From assembly GCA_963677435.1 (NCBI GenBank), contig OY781945.1, forward strand, positions 2,848,001-2,912,000: DNA of 64,000 nucleotides. Reading direction: 5' to 3'. The stretch comes from an uncultured Aliarcobacter sp. Lineage in GTDB: Bacteria > Campylobacterota > Campylobacteria > Campylobacterales > Arcobacteraceae. Numbering within the stretch: the stretch's first letter is position 1; each line of letters opens with the position of its first letter. This document shows, one piece after another, positions 1 to 9,469 of this stretch. The position numbers were made by a program, and so were the translations under genes. The notes below the pieces were generated by a model. The model searched no databases. It saw only the letters and a program-made list of their open reading frames with translations, and had not been told where the DNA came from.

Positions 1-220
1 TCATATCATCTGGATTTATCATTAAATCAATATCAGATTTAACTTCCCATTTATCAAATTTTTCAATATGTCTTATTAAAGCTGTATTTCCCTCTTGAAC
101 AATTTCATCAATAATATTCATAACAATTGTTGAAACACCTTTGATATCACTTTTAGCTCGGGCTAAAATTCCATCAAATTCTGATTTAAAATTTACATCT
201 TTTGTATTAATTATTTTCAT
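1..220 (-). CDS. hisD: Histidinol dehydrogenase, N-terminal part (runs off the window edge)
   Basis: Manual translation from ATG at 220: MKIINTKDVNFKSEFDGILARAKSDIKGVSTIVMNIIDEIVQEGNTALIRHIEKFDKW..., resembling the HisD N-terminus; directly follows the aroK stop. Confidence 0.8.
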   Translation of the reverse strand, partial: MKIINTKDVNFKSEFDGILARAKSDIKGVSTIVMNIIDEIVQEGNTALIRHIEKFDKWEVKSDIDLMINPDDM

Positions 221-730
221 TTATATTTGTCCTAAAATCTCTTTTACAATATCTTTTATATCTTTATTTTCAACATCAACTATAATTTTTGCAACTTTTT
301 CATACTCTTTTGCTCTTACATTATAAAGTTTTGTTGCCTCTTCCATATTTTGTAAAAGTGGTCTTTTTTTCAATTTATTTGCAGCATTTGGGGCAGCATT
401 AATTCGGTCAAGAATACCTTGAAATGATGATTTTAAATAAACAACTTTTCCTATTTTGTTTATGTTTTCTTGCTTATAAAATCCACCGCCTGTTGAAATA
501 ATTGTGTTATTTACACTCTTTTCCAACCACAAAGCAGTCTTTTTTTCTAAGGCTCTAAAATATGGTTCACCTTCAACTTCAAAAATTTTTTTGATACTTC
601 TGTTTTCCATACTTTCGATTAAATCATCAGTATCAATTGCAAACATATTTGATTTTTTAACCAATGCTCGTGCAACTGTACCCTTACCAACACCCATAAA
701 ACCTATTAATATTATATTGTTCTTTTTCAT
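221..730 (-). CDS. aroK: Shikimate kinase
   Basis: LIGFMGVGKGT Walker A, DTD, GEPYFR, STGGG, RPLL motifs. Confidence 0.95.
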   Translation of the reverse strand: MKKNNIILIGFMGVGKGTVARALVKKSNMFAIDTDDLIESMENRSIKKIFEVEGEPYFRALEKKTALWLEKSVNNTIISTGGGFYKQENINKIGKVVYLKSSFQGILDRINAAPNAANKLKKRPLLQNMEEATKLYNVRAKEYEKVAKIIVDVENKDIKDIVKEILGQI

Positions 731-849
731 AGTTTGGGATTATATCTAAAGTTATGTAAATTTTGATATATAAACTTATTGTGTTAGCTTTAATTAGGCT
801 CTTTTTAGATAAGATAAAGCCCAAATCTCTCTTGAAAAACAGGACAAAA

Positions 850-3800
850 ATGAGCTTAATTAAGTTAATTTCACAATTAGAAGATTCTATAAATTTTGAT
901 GTAACACTACAAGAAGTTTTAGACTTAATGATTAAAAACAAAACAAAACATTTTATTTTATTAAAAGAAAAAAAAGCAATTGGAATTATCACAGAAAGAG
1001 ATATTCTATTTTTATATGCAAGACATATAGATTTAAATCAAAAAGCCTTTAATTTTGCTAATAAAAAATTAATTACATCTAAACAACATAGAGAAATAAA
1101 TTATGTTTTAGGATTAATGCTAAATCACAATATTAGAAGAGTTCTTATTTTAGACAAAGATGATAATTATTTAGGTTCTATCATTCAAGAAAAAATTATT
1201 TTTGAATTTGAACAAGATTTATTTAAAACAAATATAAAAGTTAAAGAGTTAATAAAAAACAATTCAAAAGCATTTTCTGTACAAAAAGAATCTGATATTC
1301 AAAATGTTATAAATTTAATGAATAGCAAAAATATAGGTTCTATTTTAGTATTTGACAAAACTGAACTTATTGGAATTTTAACAGAAAGTGATGTTATAAA
1401 TCTTGCACAAAAACATATAGACACAACTTTAAATATTCAACATTTTATGCATAAAAATATTATAAGTTTTGACAAGGAAGAGTTATTATTTGATATAGTA
1501 AATAAAATGAAAAAAGAAGATATCAGAAGAGCTGTTATTTTTGATAAAACAAATCATGAATATTTTATGATTACTTCAAAAGATATTTTAAATAACATAA
1601 AAGGAAATTACAATTTATTTTTAGAATCAAAACTCAAAGATGTAAAAAATACTTTTAATTCATTAAATGAAGCAGTAATTGAGCTTTTTGATAATGATGA
1701 AGAACAAATCATATATTGGTTTAATCAAAAAGCGGCAAAATTATTTGATATTAAAATTGATAGTGATATTACAACTATTATTCCTGCTTTAAAATGGGAA
1801 GCTATTTATGAAAAGATTAAATTAAATGATTTTAAAGAGAATGAAGTAATTGAAATTAATAATAATTTATTTCAATTAACAATTTTAAATACTGTTTTAT
1901 TGGACAATTCAATTATAAAACTTTTGTTTACAAATATCACTGAAATTTCAAATAAAAATAGACAAATTGAAAATAAATTCAAGTTTTTATATGAAGAAGC
2001 ACCTTATCCTTATCAATCGCTAAATGAAAAGGGGATTATTTGTAATGTAAATAGAAAATGGCTTGAAATTACAGGTTATGAAAAAGATGAAGTAATTGGT
2101 CAAAAATTCATATATTTTACTGATGAATCCCATGAATATTTAAAAGAAAAATTCAAAATAATTTTAAGTGGTGAACATATAGAACATGAACGCATTAAAA
2201 TGAAAAAAAAGAATAATGAGATATTCATTGCAAGTTTTACAGGAAATATTTCTAATATAAATGATGAAATAAGAACACATTGTATTTTCAAAGATATTAC
2301 GCAAGAAGAAAAAATAGAAAAAAAACTTAAACTATCTGATATTGTATTTGAAAATACTACAGAAGGAATTATAATAACAGATGAAAATAATGAAATTATT
2401 TCTGTAAATAGTGCTTTTACAAATATTACAGGTTATACTTTTGAAGAGATTAAAAATAGAAGCCCAAAAATATTAAAATCAGGAAGACATGATAGTGATT
2501 TTTATGCTAATTTATGGTCTGAATTAAAGAAAAATGGTTCATGGAAAGGTGAAATCTGGAATCGTAAGAAAAATGGAGAAATATATCCAGAATGGTTAAA
2601 TCTTAGTGTTGTAAAAGATTCTAATGGAAAAATACTAAATTATGTGGCTTTATTTTCTGATATTTCTAAAATCAAAAAATCAAATGAAAGAATAGAGTAT
2701 TTAGCTCATCATGATCCACTTACAAGTTTACCAAATAGATTATTATTAAAAGCTAGATTAGATAAATCTATTGACAAATGTATAGATTTAAACCAAAAAT
2801 TAGCTATTTTATTTATTGATATTGATAACTTTAAACTTATAAATGACTCCTATGGACACTCTATTGGAGATAAAATCATCAATTTAGTTGCTCAAAGATT
2901 ACAAAAAAATATAAGAAAAAATGACACTATTTCAAGAATTGGTGGAGATGAGTTTATCATTGTTATTGAAGATATAATTGAACAAAAAAATATTGAAAAA
3001 ATTGCTAAAAATATTTTAAATGATTTTATGCTTCCATTAAAATTAGAAGAGTATTTATTTGATACAACTATTAGTATAGGAATTTCACTATTTCCAAACA
3101 ATGGATTAAATGCAGAAGAGTTGATTAAACAAGCAGATACGGCAATGTATAGTGCAAAAAATGCTGGTAAAAACCAATTCCAATTTTATAAAAATGAGAT
3201 GACAAGCGAAATCTTTGAAAAAATTATTATGAAACAAGAGATAAGTGAAGCTTTAAAAAACGATGAATTTGAAGTTTATTACCAACCACAAATTGATATA
3301 AAAACAAATAAAGTTATTGGAGCAGAAGCACTTTTAAGATGGAATCATAAAAGTTTAGGAGTTATCTCTCCAACTGAATTTATTCCCCATGCAGAAGAGA
3401 CTAAGTTAATTATTCCTTTAGGAGATTTTGTTTTAAAAAAAGCTACAAGTTTTATGAAAGAACTGCAAGAACAAAAGCTCTTATTAAATGGAATAATTGC
3501 TGTAAATATTTCAGCCATTCAGTTAAAACATAGTGATATTTTTAAAACTGTACTTAATAATTTAGAGATTTCTCAACTTGATGCTAAGTTTTTAGAACTA
3601 GAATTAACAGAGAGTTTCATTATGGAAAATGTGGAAGAGTCTATAATAATTTTAAAAAAACTAAAAAAATTAGGTATTCAATTATCAATTGATGATTTTG
3701 GAACAGGTTATTCCTCTTTAAGTTATCTAAAACAGTTTCCTATTGATAAATTAAAAATTGATAAGTCATTTATAGATGAAATCCCAAATAGTCAAAAAGA

Positions 3801-3987
3801 TATAGCAATTGCAAGAACTATTATTACTTTAGCAAAACAATTAGGAATAAAAGTTATAGCTGAAGGTGTTGAAAAGATTCAGCAAAAAGATTTCCTAGAA
3901 GCAGAAAACTGTGATGAAATTCAAGGTTGGATTTATGCAAAAGCATTAAAAGAAAAAGACTTTATAAAATTTATAAAATCTTTTTAA
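850..3987 (+). CDS. CBS-PAS-PAS-GGDEF-EAL diguanylate cyclase/phosphodiesterase
   Basis: CBS motifs (GIITERD, GILTESD), PAS/PAC (WKGEIWNRKKNGEIYPEWL), intact GGDEF, EAL and DDFGTGYSSL; start moved to ATG 850 after an AGGA RBS. Confidence 0.9.
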   Translation: MSLIKLISQLEDSINFDVTLQEVLDLMIKNKTKHFILLKEKKAIGIITERDILFLYARHIDLNQKAFNFANKKLITSKQHREINYVLGLMLNHNIRRVLILDKDDNYLGSIIQEKIIFEFEQDLFKTNIKVKELIKNNSKAFSVQKESDIQNVINLMNSKNIGSILVFDKTELIGILTESDVINLAQKHIDTTLNIQHFMHKNIISFDKEELLFDIVNKMKKEDIRRAVIFDKTNHEYFMITSKDILNNIKGNYNLFLESKLKDVKNTFNSLNEAVIELFDNDEEQIIYWFNQKAAKLFDIKIDSDITTIIPALKWEAIYEKIKLNDFKENEVIEINNNLFQLTILNTVLLDNSIIKLLFTNITEISNKNRQIENKFKFLYEEAPYPYQSLNEKGIICNVNRKWLEITGYEKDEVIGQKFIYFTDESHEYLKEKFKIILSGEHIEHERIKMKKKNNEIFIASFTGNISNINDEIRTHCIFKDITQEEKIEKKLKLSDIVFENTTEGIIITDENNEIISVNSAFTNITGYTFEEIKNRSPKILKSGRHDSDFYANLWSELKKNGSWKGEIWNRKKNGEIYPEWLNLSVVKDSNGKILNYVALFSDISKIKKSNERIEYLAHHDPLTSLPNRLLLKARLDKSIDKCIDLNQKLAILFIDIDNFKLINDSYGHSIGDKIINLVAQRLQKNIRKNDTISRIGGDEFIIVIEDIIEQKNIEKIAKNILNDFMLPLKLEEYLFDTTISIGISLFPNNGLNAEELIKQADTAMYSAKNAGKNQFQFYKNEMTSEIFEKIIMKQEISEALKNDEFEVYYQPQIDIKTNKVIGAEALLRWNHKSLGVISPTEFIPHAEETKLIIPLGDFVLKKATSFMKELQEQKLLLNGIIAVNISAIQLKHSDIFKTVLNNLEISQLDAKFLELELTESFIMENVEESIIILKKLKKLGIQLSIDDFGTGYSSLSYLKQFPIDKLKIDKSFIDEIPNSQKDIAIARTIITLAKQLGIKVIAEGVEKIQQKDFLEAENCDEIQGWIYAKALKEKDFIKFIKSF

Positions 3988-5906
3988 TCATTTCTTATCT
4001 TCTGAAAAGTTATATAGAAAACCGCACCTATATAACTTTTTTCTTTATATGTATAAGTCTCATTTAAAACAGTTAAAGATCCTTGCATATGTTTTTCTAT
4101 AATTTCTTTTGACATATAAAGACCAATCCCCGTACCTTTTGATTTAATTTTTGTTGTGAAATATGGTTCAAATACTTTGTTTATAATTGTTTCATCTATT
4201 CCACCTGCGTTATCTTTTAAAATAACTATAATTTCATCATCAGTAATTTTGGTATCAATAAATACATATTTTTTATCAAACTCTTTTTTATCAAATTCAT
4301 CTTTTGAATTATTTAAAATATTTATTATTACTTGTAAAAATTCATTTTCTACTCCAAAGATATGAATATCATCAATGTCTTTTATTAATTGGATATTTTT
4401 TAAATTTAATTGAGGTTCAAGCAAATCAGAAACTTTTTCAAATATTGTTCTTAGATTAAAATAACTAGCCTCTTTTAACGGATTAAAATAATCTCTAAAA
4501 TCATCAATTGTTTGAGATAAATATTTTGTTGTTGTAGCTATTGTATTCATCGATTTAATAACATCTTCTTTATTAACTTCTGAATATTCATATTGAATTT
4601 TAATTCCAGTTGAAATAGTTGAAATTGCACTTAAAGGCTGTCTCCATTGATGAGCAATATTTTCAAGCATTTCACCCATTGCAGCCATTTTTGATTGTTG
4701 AGCTAATATAGATTGTCTATGTTTATCTTTTTTTATATGATTTAACACTTGCTGTTTATATTTGAAAAATCTTTTTTCTAATTTTTTTGAAATATAAAAT
4801 GATATAAATAAGAATATTCCAGTCAACATTAAACTTATTAAAAGTAAATTTATCAGATTCATTTTAAATTTATCTTTTATATTCTCTTGCTTTATGAAAA
4901 TCTGTTTTTCAAACTCATCTGTATAAAATCCAGTTGCAATTGCCCAATTCCAATCTTTGAAACCTTTTACATAAGTTATCTTTTCAGCAGGAAGTCTTGT
5001 TTGTGGTTTAATTGTTCCAATATATTTTAGATATCCTTCTCTTCCATCTTTAGCAAGATTTATAATCTCTTTTGTAATCATAAATCCATTTTTATCTTTT
5101 AAATCTATTCTATTTTGACCTACATAAGATTTTTCAATATGGCTTAAATAAACACCCTCGTTATCAATAACAAATATATAACCATTTTTGCCATATTTTA
5201 TACTTGAAATATATGATAATATTTTTTGTTTTATGATATTTTCAAAATCATCTACATATTCACCACTTCCGATAATAAAATTGTATGGTTTAAAAACTTT
5301 ATTAAATGTAATTTTTTTATATTTAGTATTTAAATCATCTGGTTTATTCCAATAAAGTGTAGTAAAATATTCATCTGATTTTTTTGCATTTTCTATAGTA
5401 TCTTTTAAAATAAAATTGCCCAAACTATCTGTAACTTCTAATAGTGATTTATTTTCAATTTCTGGATTAATAGGATGCATAATACTAATACCAGATGTAT
5501 TACTAATATAAAAATATCCTCTATTATTATTAAATCTAATTGCCCTTAAAGAATCTTTGATTCTATTAATAATTTGTTCTTTACTCTCTTTATTTTTATA
5601 CTTTTCATAAATATAACTAGTTAAATTATAAGCTTCTTCTACTCTTTGTTTTAGATTGTTTTTTAATTCTTTTTCACTATTTAATTTTTCATGGGAAGCA
5701 TAGTCATAAATTTTTTCAACTTCATTTTTTATTATTTCTTTGTTTTTTTCTAAATAGTCGTATTTTAAAGTTTCTAAATCTTGTTTTAAAGTAATATTTT
5801 TGTCAACAGTAATAAGTATCGTGATAATTAAACATACCAATCCAACTATAAAAGCAGGAGTATATTTAATGAATTTTATAAGTTTTATTTCTTTTTTTGA
5901 TAACAT
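3984..5906 (-). CDS. Double Cache-domain sensor histidine kinase
   Basis: Two TM segments, two Cache-like repeats (GYFYI..MHP, GYIFV..SH), H-box AHQWRQPL, FEPYFTTK and GTGIGLY. Confidence 0.9.
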   Translation of the reverse strand: MLSKKEIKLIKFIKYTPAFIVGLVCLIITILITVDKNITLKQDLETLKYDYLEKNKEIIKNEVEKIYDYASHEKLNSEKELKNNLKQRVEEAYNLTSYIYEKYKNKESKEQIINRIKDSLRAIRFNNNRGYFYISNTSGISIMHPINPEIENKSLLEVTDSLGNFILKDTIENAKKSDEYFTTLYWNKPDDLNTKYKKITFNKVFKPYNFIIGSGEYVDDFENIIKQKILSYISSIKYGKNGYIFVIDNEGVYLSHIEKSYVGQNRIDLKDKNGFMITKEIINLAKDGREGYLKYIGTIKPQTRLPAEKITYVKGFKDWNWAIATGFYTDEFEKQIFIKQENIKDKFKMNLINLLLISLMLTGIFLFISFYISKKLEKRFFKYKQQVLNHIKKDKHRQSILAQQSKMAAMGEMLENIAHQWRQPLSAISTISTGIKIQYEYSEVNKEDVIKSMNTIATTTKYLSQTIDDFRDYFNPLKEASYFNLRTIFEKVSDLLEPQLNLKNIQLIKDIDDIHIFGVENEFLQVIINILNNSKDEFDKKEFDKKYVFIDTKITDDEIIVILKDNAGGIDETIINKVFEPYFTTKIKSKGTGIGLYMSKEIIEKHMQGSLTVLNETYTYKEKSYIGAVFYITFQKIRND

Positions 5907-5949
5907 GGGCGGATATTATCTTCTTTTCATTAAAAATAAAATAAATATT

Positions 5950-6807
5950 TTATTTATCATATTTATTTTTATATCTATTTAACATTGAAATATTTCCAAT
6001 TATTCCTCCTTGATGAATATATAAAAAAGTGTAATCCTTAGATTTTAAAGTATTTATATATTTTTCAAAGTAGATCCAACCTAAACTATCATAAAGCAAA
6101 TCAAATTCGATATTAGTTTGATTTAATAACTGTTTATGAATCTCATAGAACTCTTTGTAAAGTTTTCCAAAATGATATTTTTTTTCCCTTTGTATAATTG
6201 ATGGATGATTATCTTTTTCAAGTTGTAAAAATTGCTCTTTTAAATAATCTTCATCTCCAACACAAGCACAAGTTAATACCTCATAAGGAAGATATTTTTG
6301 TAAATAAAGAGCAGTTGTTCCTGTGCCACTTGGTAAAAATATTTTTAGGTTTTCTATTTTATTTTCATCTGCCCAAGTTTTTATCTCATTTGCTAAAACT
6401 TCAATTCCAACAGAAGCTTGTTTAACAGCTCCACCTTCACTTATAAACAAAGTTTTTTCATCAAAAGAATCTGGTAACTCTTTCTCTATTATGTTCATTC
6501 CATTTTCAAGGGCAAATTTATAATTTCCAATAGGATTCTCTTTTAAATATGAAGCAATATGATCAACATAATAATCAAACGCTAAACCTTTTAACTTGCA
6601 TAATACTGATAAAGAATACATAGCGTTTGATTGAGCTGAGCCAGAAGATACTATTTTTTTTATATTTGGAAAATGCTTAATTAAATAGTAATAAAACTTT
6701 CTGGCTTTATTTCCTGAGAAATCTGGATTTAATAAATCATCTCTTTTTACAAAATATTCTTGATTGTTAAAAGTGATTTTTTCAATTGGGGAATTTGTAT
6801 AGTTCAT
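5950..6807 (-). CDS. PLP-dependent ACC deaminase / D-cysteine desulfhydrase family protein
   Basis: VKRDD, SGNKARK (PLP lysine), QSNA, SGTGTT, IHQGG; start placed at ATG 6807. Confidence 0.85.
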   Translation of the reverse strand: MNYTNSPIEKITFNNQEYFVKRDDLLNPDFSGNKARKFYYYLIKHFPNIKKIVSSGSAQSNAMYSLSVLCKLKGLAFDYYVDHIASYLKENPIGNYKFALENGMNIIEKELPDSFDEKTLFISEGGAVKQASVGIEVLANEIKTWADENKIENLKIFLPSGTGTTALYLQKYLPYEVLTCACVGDEDYLKEQFLQLEKDNHPSIIQREKKYHFGKLYKEFYEIHKQLLNQTNIEFDLLYDSLGWIYFEKYINTLKSKDYTFLYIHQGGIIGNISMLNRYKNKYDK

Positions 6808-6823
6808 AAAAAATTGTACCATC

Positions 6824-6838
6824 TATTAACAAAAATTT
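6824..6838 (+). repeat. attL core TATTAACAAAAATTT
   Basis: Identical to 19498-19512; lies at the boundary with a host gene. Confidence 0.8.
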
Positions 6839-6975
6839 AAGTAGATGGTAAACAATTTATATGTATTTTATATATAAAAACCCTATAAAATCGCATTTTC
6901 TATAATCATAATATTTTTTTGTATCATAATTATATATAAAAATATTATAAAAAAATTGCACAAAAAACGCACAAA

Positions 6976-7209
6976 TTAATCTTTGTTTATTTTCTTTTCT
7001 AATTCTTCAAGCTTTTGAAAAATTATTTCTATAGTTTTTTCGTGTGAAGCTTCATTTGTTTTGTTATCACACTTAATTTTTTCATATTCTAAACCTAATT
7101 CAATTATTTTAATTAATTCAGGTTTTTCCTTTTCCCAGTTGTAATAAGTCGAAACAGATATATTAAATCTTTCTGCTCTTTCTTCTTTGTCTTTTCTTGT
7201 TAGTTTCAC
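6976..7209 (-). CDS. Phage repressor, XRE-like helix-turn-helix
   Basis: AERFNISVSTYYNWEK HTH pattern; divergent from the main phage operon; AAGGA RBS. Confidence 0.75.
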   Translation of the reverse strand: MKLTRKDKEERAERFNISVSTYYNWEKEKPELIKIIELGLEYEKIKCDNKTNEASHEKTIEIIFQKLEELEKKINKD

Positions 7210-7233
7210 ATTAAAATCCTTTATTCATATATT

Positions 7234-7335
7234 AATCTAATAATAAGATTAATAATCCAATATTTAATATTACTTTAAGTAATCTTATTATAAGATTATT
7301 AATCCAATAACTAGATTTAATCTAATATTGAGATT
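7234..7335. promoter_or_regulatory. Four 17-bp palindromic operators (AATC-N9-GATT) in the divergent phage switch region
   Basis: 7234 AATCTAATAATAAGATT; 7281 AATCTTATTATAAGATT; 7301 AATCCAATAACTAGATT; 7319 AATCTAATATTGAGATT. Confidence 0.75.
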
Positions 7336-7356
7336 TTTATTTCTTAGGGGTAACAA

Positions 7357-7893
7357 ATGAAAACTACAATCGAATCTTATCAAAATCTAACAGATATTCA
7401 AAACAATTCGGAATCTGTAACAAACACTAAAACTATATCTACCAAAGATTTAGTAAATAATTCTAAAGTTCTAAAAAGAAGTAGAAGATTAGAAATATTA
7501 AGAAGATATAACTTTCATCTTGTAAAAACAAATAAAATCTCTTTTAATCACTTTAAAAAAGGTGTTGATTCTTTAAAAAAATTAGTAGAAAATAATTGGG
7601 ATAAGTTTGTCGCAGTTACTCCAATAATTACAGAAAACACAAAAGTTACTCCTACTCCACAAATTGAAAATGAAATACAAACATTAGATAATCAAATTGA
7701 AGTTACTCAAACACAAATTAATAGATTAACAAAATTAAACTCTTTCGCAACACTTTTGCAAAAAAAATCAAATAAAAAATCTTTTTTTAAATATAGACAA
7801 ATATTACTTTCAATTAGAAATAAAACAGACTTAAAACAAAGAGTTTTAAATCTTCTAGTATGGGAAAAAGAAAGATTAATTAAAGTCGCCTAA
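7357..7893 (+). CDS. Phage hypothetical basic, coiled-coil protein (first gene of rightward operon)
   Basis: 178-aa ORF with GGGG RBS; no family recognised. Confidence 0.6.
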   Translation: MKTTIESYQNLTDIQNNSESVTNTKTISTKDLVNNSKVLKRSRRLEILRRYNFHLVKTNKISFNHFKKGVDSLKKLVENNWDKFVAVTPIITENTKVTPTPQIENEIQTLDNQIEVTQTQINRLTKLNSFATLLQKKSNKKSFFKYRQILLSIRNKTDLKQRVLNLLVWEKERLIKVA

Positions 7894-8029
7894 ATAATAA
7901 CCCACTTAGAGCCTACAAACAACTTTCTAGGTTTTAGAGTGGATTTATTCACTACAGAGGTTAAGCAACTGTTACCCGCTTAATCTCTCGTTTAAGAGGT
8001 AACAAAATAAAACAAAAAAAGGGTAAGAA

Positions 8030-8419
8030 ATGAAAAAAGATTTAGAAGTAATTAAAACACCACTATTAAGTGAACATGGCACATATATGTACGGGAAACT
8101 TGATGAATTAGATTTCACATTAGCTTGGACAACTGACCAAGGTCAAAAAATGCCTCCTATGTTAAAACTAAAATTTATCGTAACTAAAAAAGCTGTTAAA
8201 ACTTTAATGGGTGTAGATAGAGAATATGACAAAACTGTTTTTGAATATTTAAATATTCAATGTGAGAGTGAGGAAGAAATAGCAAATAAATTATCTATAT
8301 TTGAAAAATATGTAGGTAAAGAAATTTTAGTTCCAATCGAAAACACAAAAGAAAAAACAACTTACAAGATAAATGAAAACAATTTAAAAATTATAGATTT
8401 AAAAACAACAGTTAGTTAA
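8030..8419 (+). CDS. Putative ssDNA-binding protein (pV-like by position)
   Basis: 129-aa soluble protein directly before the coat gene; assignment from inovirus synteny only. Confidence 0.5.
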   Translation: MKKDLEVIKTPLLSEHGTYMYGKLDELDFTLAWTTDQGQKMPPMLKLKFIVTKKAVKTLMGVDREYDKTVFEYLNIQCESEEEIANKLSIFEKYVGKEILVPIENTKEKTTYKINENNLKIIDLKTTVS

Positions 8420-8504
8420 TAGGTTAATCCCTATTAGCTAATAAATTAGATTGATAGAGTGTATCTGCGTTTACATTCTACAAATTTAATACAAGGTCGC
8501 AAAA

Positions 8505-8786
8505 ATGTTTGTCAAATTGAAAAAAATTGTTAAGTCAGGTTTTGACTCAGTAAAAAAAGGTGCAAAAGAAGTTAAAGATAAAGCTTTAGCTCTATTCGTT
8601 GGTGTTGGTGCAACTATCGGTGCTACTGCGGGAAAAGCTGCCGTTGTTTATGATGATGCAACGAACAAATTAACTGGAGACATTGACATGGGTCCATTTT
8701 ATTCTGGTGTAGGAATTACTTTTGCTGTTATTGGTGCTGTTTTAGCTGTTAGTTTAGCAATTAGTATTGTTAAAAGAGGTAAATAG
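8505..8786 (+). CDS. Major coat protein (pVIII-like) with leader peptide
   Basis: Basic/hydrophobic leader ending near AGKA-A, acidic mature N-terminus, hydrophobic helix, basic C-terminus VKRGK; hairpin follows. Confidence 0.8.
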   Translation: MFVKLKKIVKSGFDSVKKGAKEVKDKALALFVGVGATIGATAGKAAVVYDDATNKLTGDIDMGPFYSGVGITFAVIGAVLAVSLAISIVKRGK

Positions 8787-8791
8787 TTATT

Positions 8792-8813
8792 AGGGGGTTT
8801 TATGCTCCCTTTT
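8792..8813 (+). terminator. Probable terminator after the coat gene
   Basis: AGGGGG...CTCCCT stem followed by a T run. Confidence 0.5.
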
Positions 8814-8858
8814 AGCTTTTATAAAAAAATTAAAAAATTCTTTTATTAAGGTTAAAAT

Positions 8859-8978
8859 ATGTTTACTACTCAAACTGTTTTCATTATATCTTCTATCTTT
8901 TCAATTATAGTAATTTATAAAATTTCAAATATTAGTATCGAAAAAGCTATTGATATTATTAAAAAGTCTAAATCGTGA
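8859..8978 (+). CDS. Small hydrophobic minor coat protein (pVII/pIX-like), 39 aa, not in ORF track
   Basis: MFTTQTVFIISSIFSIIVIYKISNISIEKAIDIIKKSKS; AAGG RBS; stop overlaps next GTG start (GTGA). Confidence 0.65.
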   Translation: MFTTQTVFIISSIFSIIVIYKISNISIEKAIDIIKKSKS

Positions 8979-9340
8979 AAACTATCTTATTAATTTTTAT
9001 TATCTCTTTATCTTTAAAAGCTGATTATCTTGTTTATTGGTATCAATCTATTAATAATGTAATTCAATTTAATTCATTGTGTGTTGAAAGTTATTCTTTA
9101 AGTGGCTCTTATTTTACGCGTACTTTGTCAAGTACAACATCAACTGCAACTGCTAACATGTCTAATGTTTCTAACTTTACTATTTTACCTGACTATGAAT
9201 ATAAGAATAATTCTTGTACACCTAAAACAGCTAATTACAATAATCTAGGCTTAACAGAAAATCAATTTAATTTTCTTTCTGCTTTAACTGGTCTTTTAAC
9301 TTCAATACTTTTAGTATTTGTAATATTTTTAAAGGTTTAA
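8975..9340 (+). CDS. Exported, C-terminally anchored phage protein (putative minor virion protein)
   Basis: Signal peptide, two Cys, C-terminal TM helix. Confidence 0.6.
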   Translation: MKTILLIFIISLSLKADYLVYWYQSINNVIQFNSLCVESYSLSGSYFTRTLSSTTSTATANMSNVSNFTILPDYEYKNNSCTPKTANYNNLGLTENQFNFLSALTGLLTSILLVFVIFLKV

Positions 9341-9342
9341 AA

Positions 9343-9468
9343 ATGACTTTCGCAATTATTCAATTAACAGATAATCAAGCTCTTAACTATTTCTTTAGCT
9401 TTCCAATTTATGTAATGTTTACAACATTGCCATTTATTGCATTATTAACTTTGTTTAGAAAGATTTAA
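9343..9468 (+). CDS. Small hydrophobic minor coat protein (pVII/pIX-like), 41 aa, not in ORF track
   Basis: MTFAIIQLTDNQALNYFFSFPIYVMFTTLPFIALLTLFRKI; AAGG RBS; fills the gap between flanking genes. Confidence 0.65.
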   Translation: MTFAIIQLTDNQALNYFFSFPIYVMFTTLPFIALLTLFRKI

Positions 9469-9469
9469 A

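Noticed and set aside
5950..6807. Desulfhydrase-like gene as sulfur donor for the phage DndC-like enzyme
   Set aside because: It lies outside attL, is a host gene, and belongs to a different PLP family from DndA/IscS; adjacency is probably coincidental
6950..6975. GCACAAA duplet near attL as integrase arm-type sites
   Set aside because: Too short, with only a weak counterpart (GCACATA) near attR, to support a call
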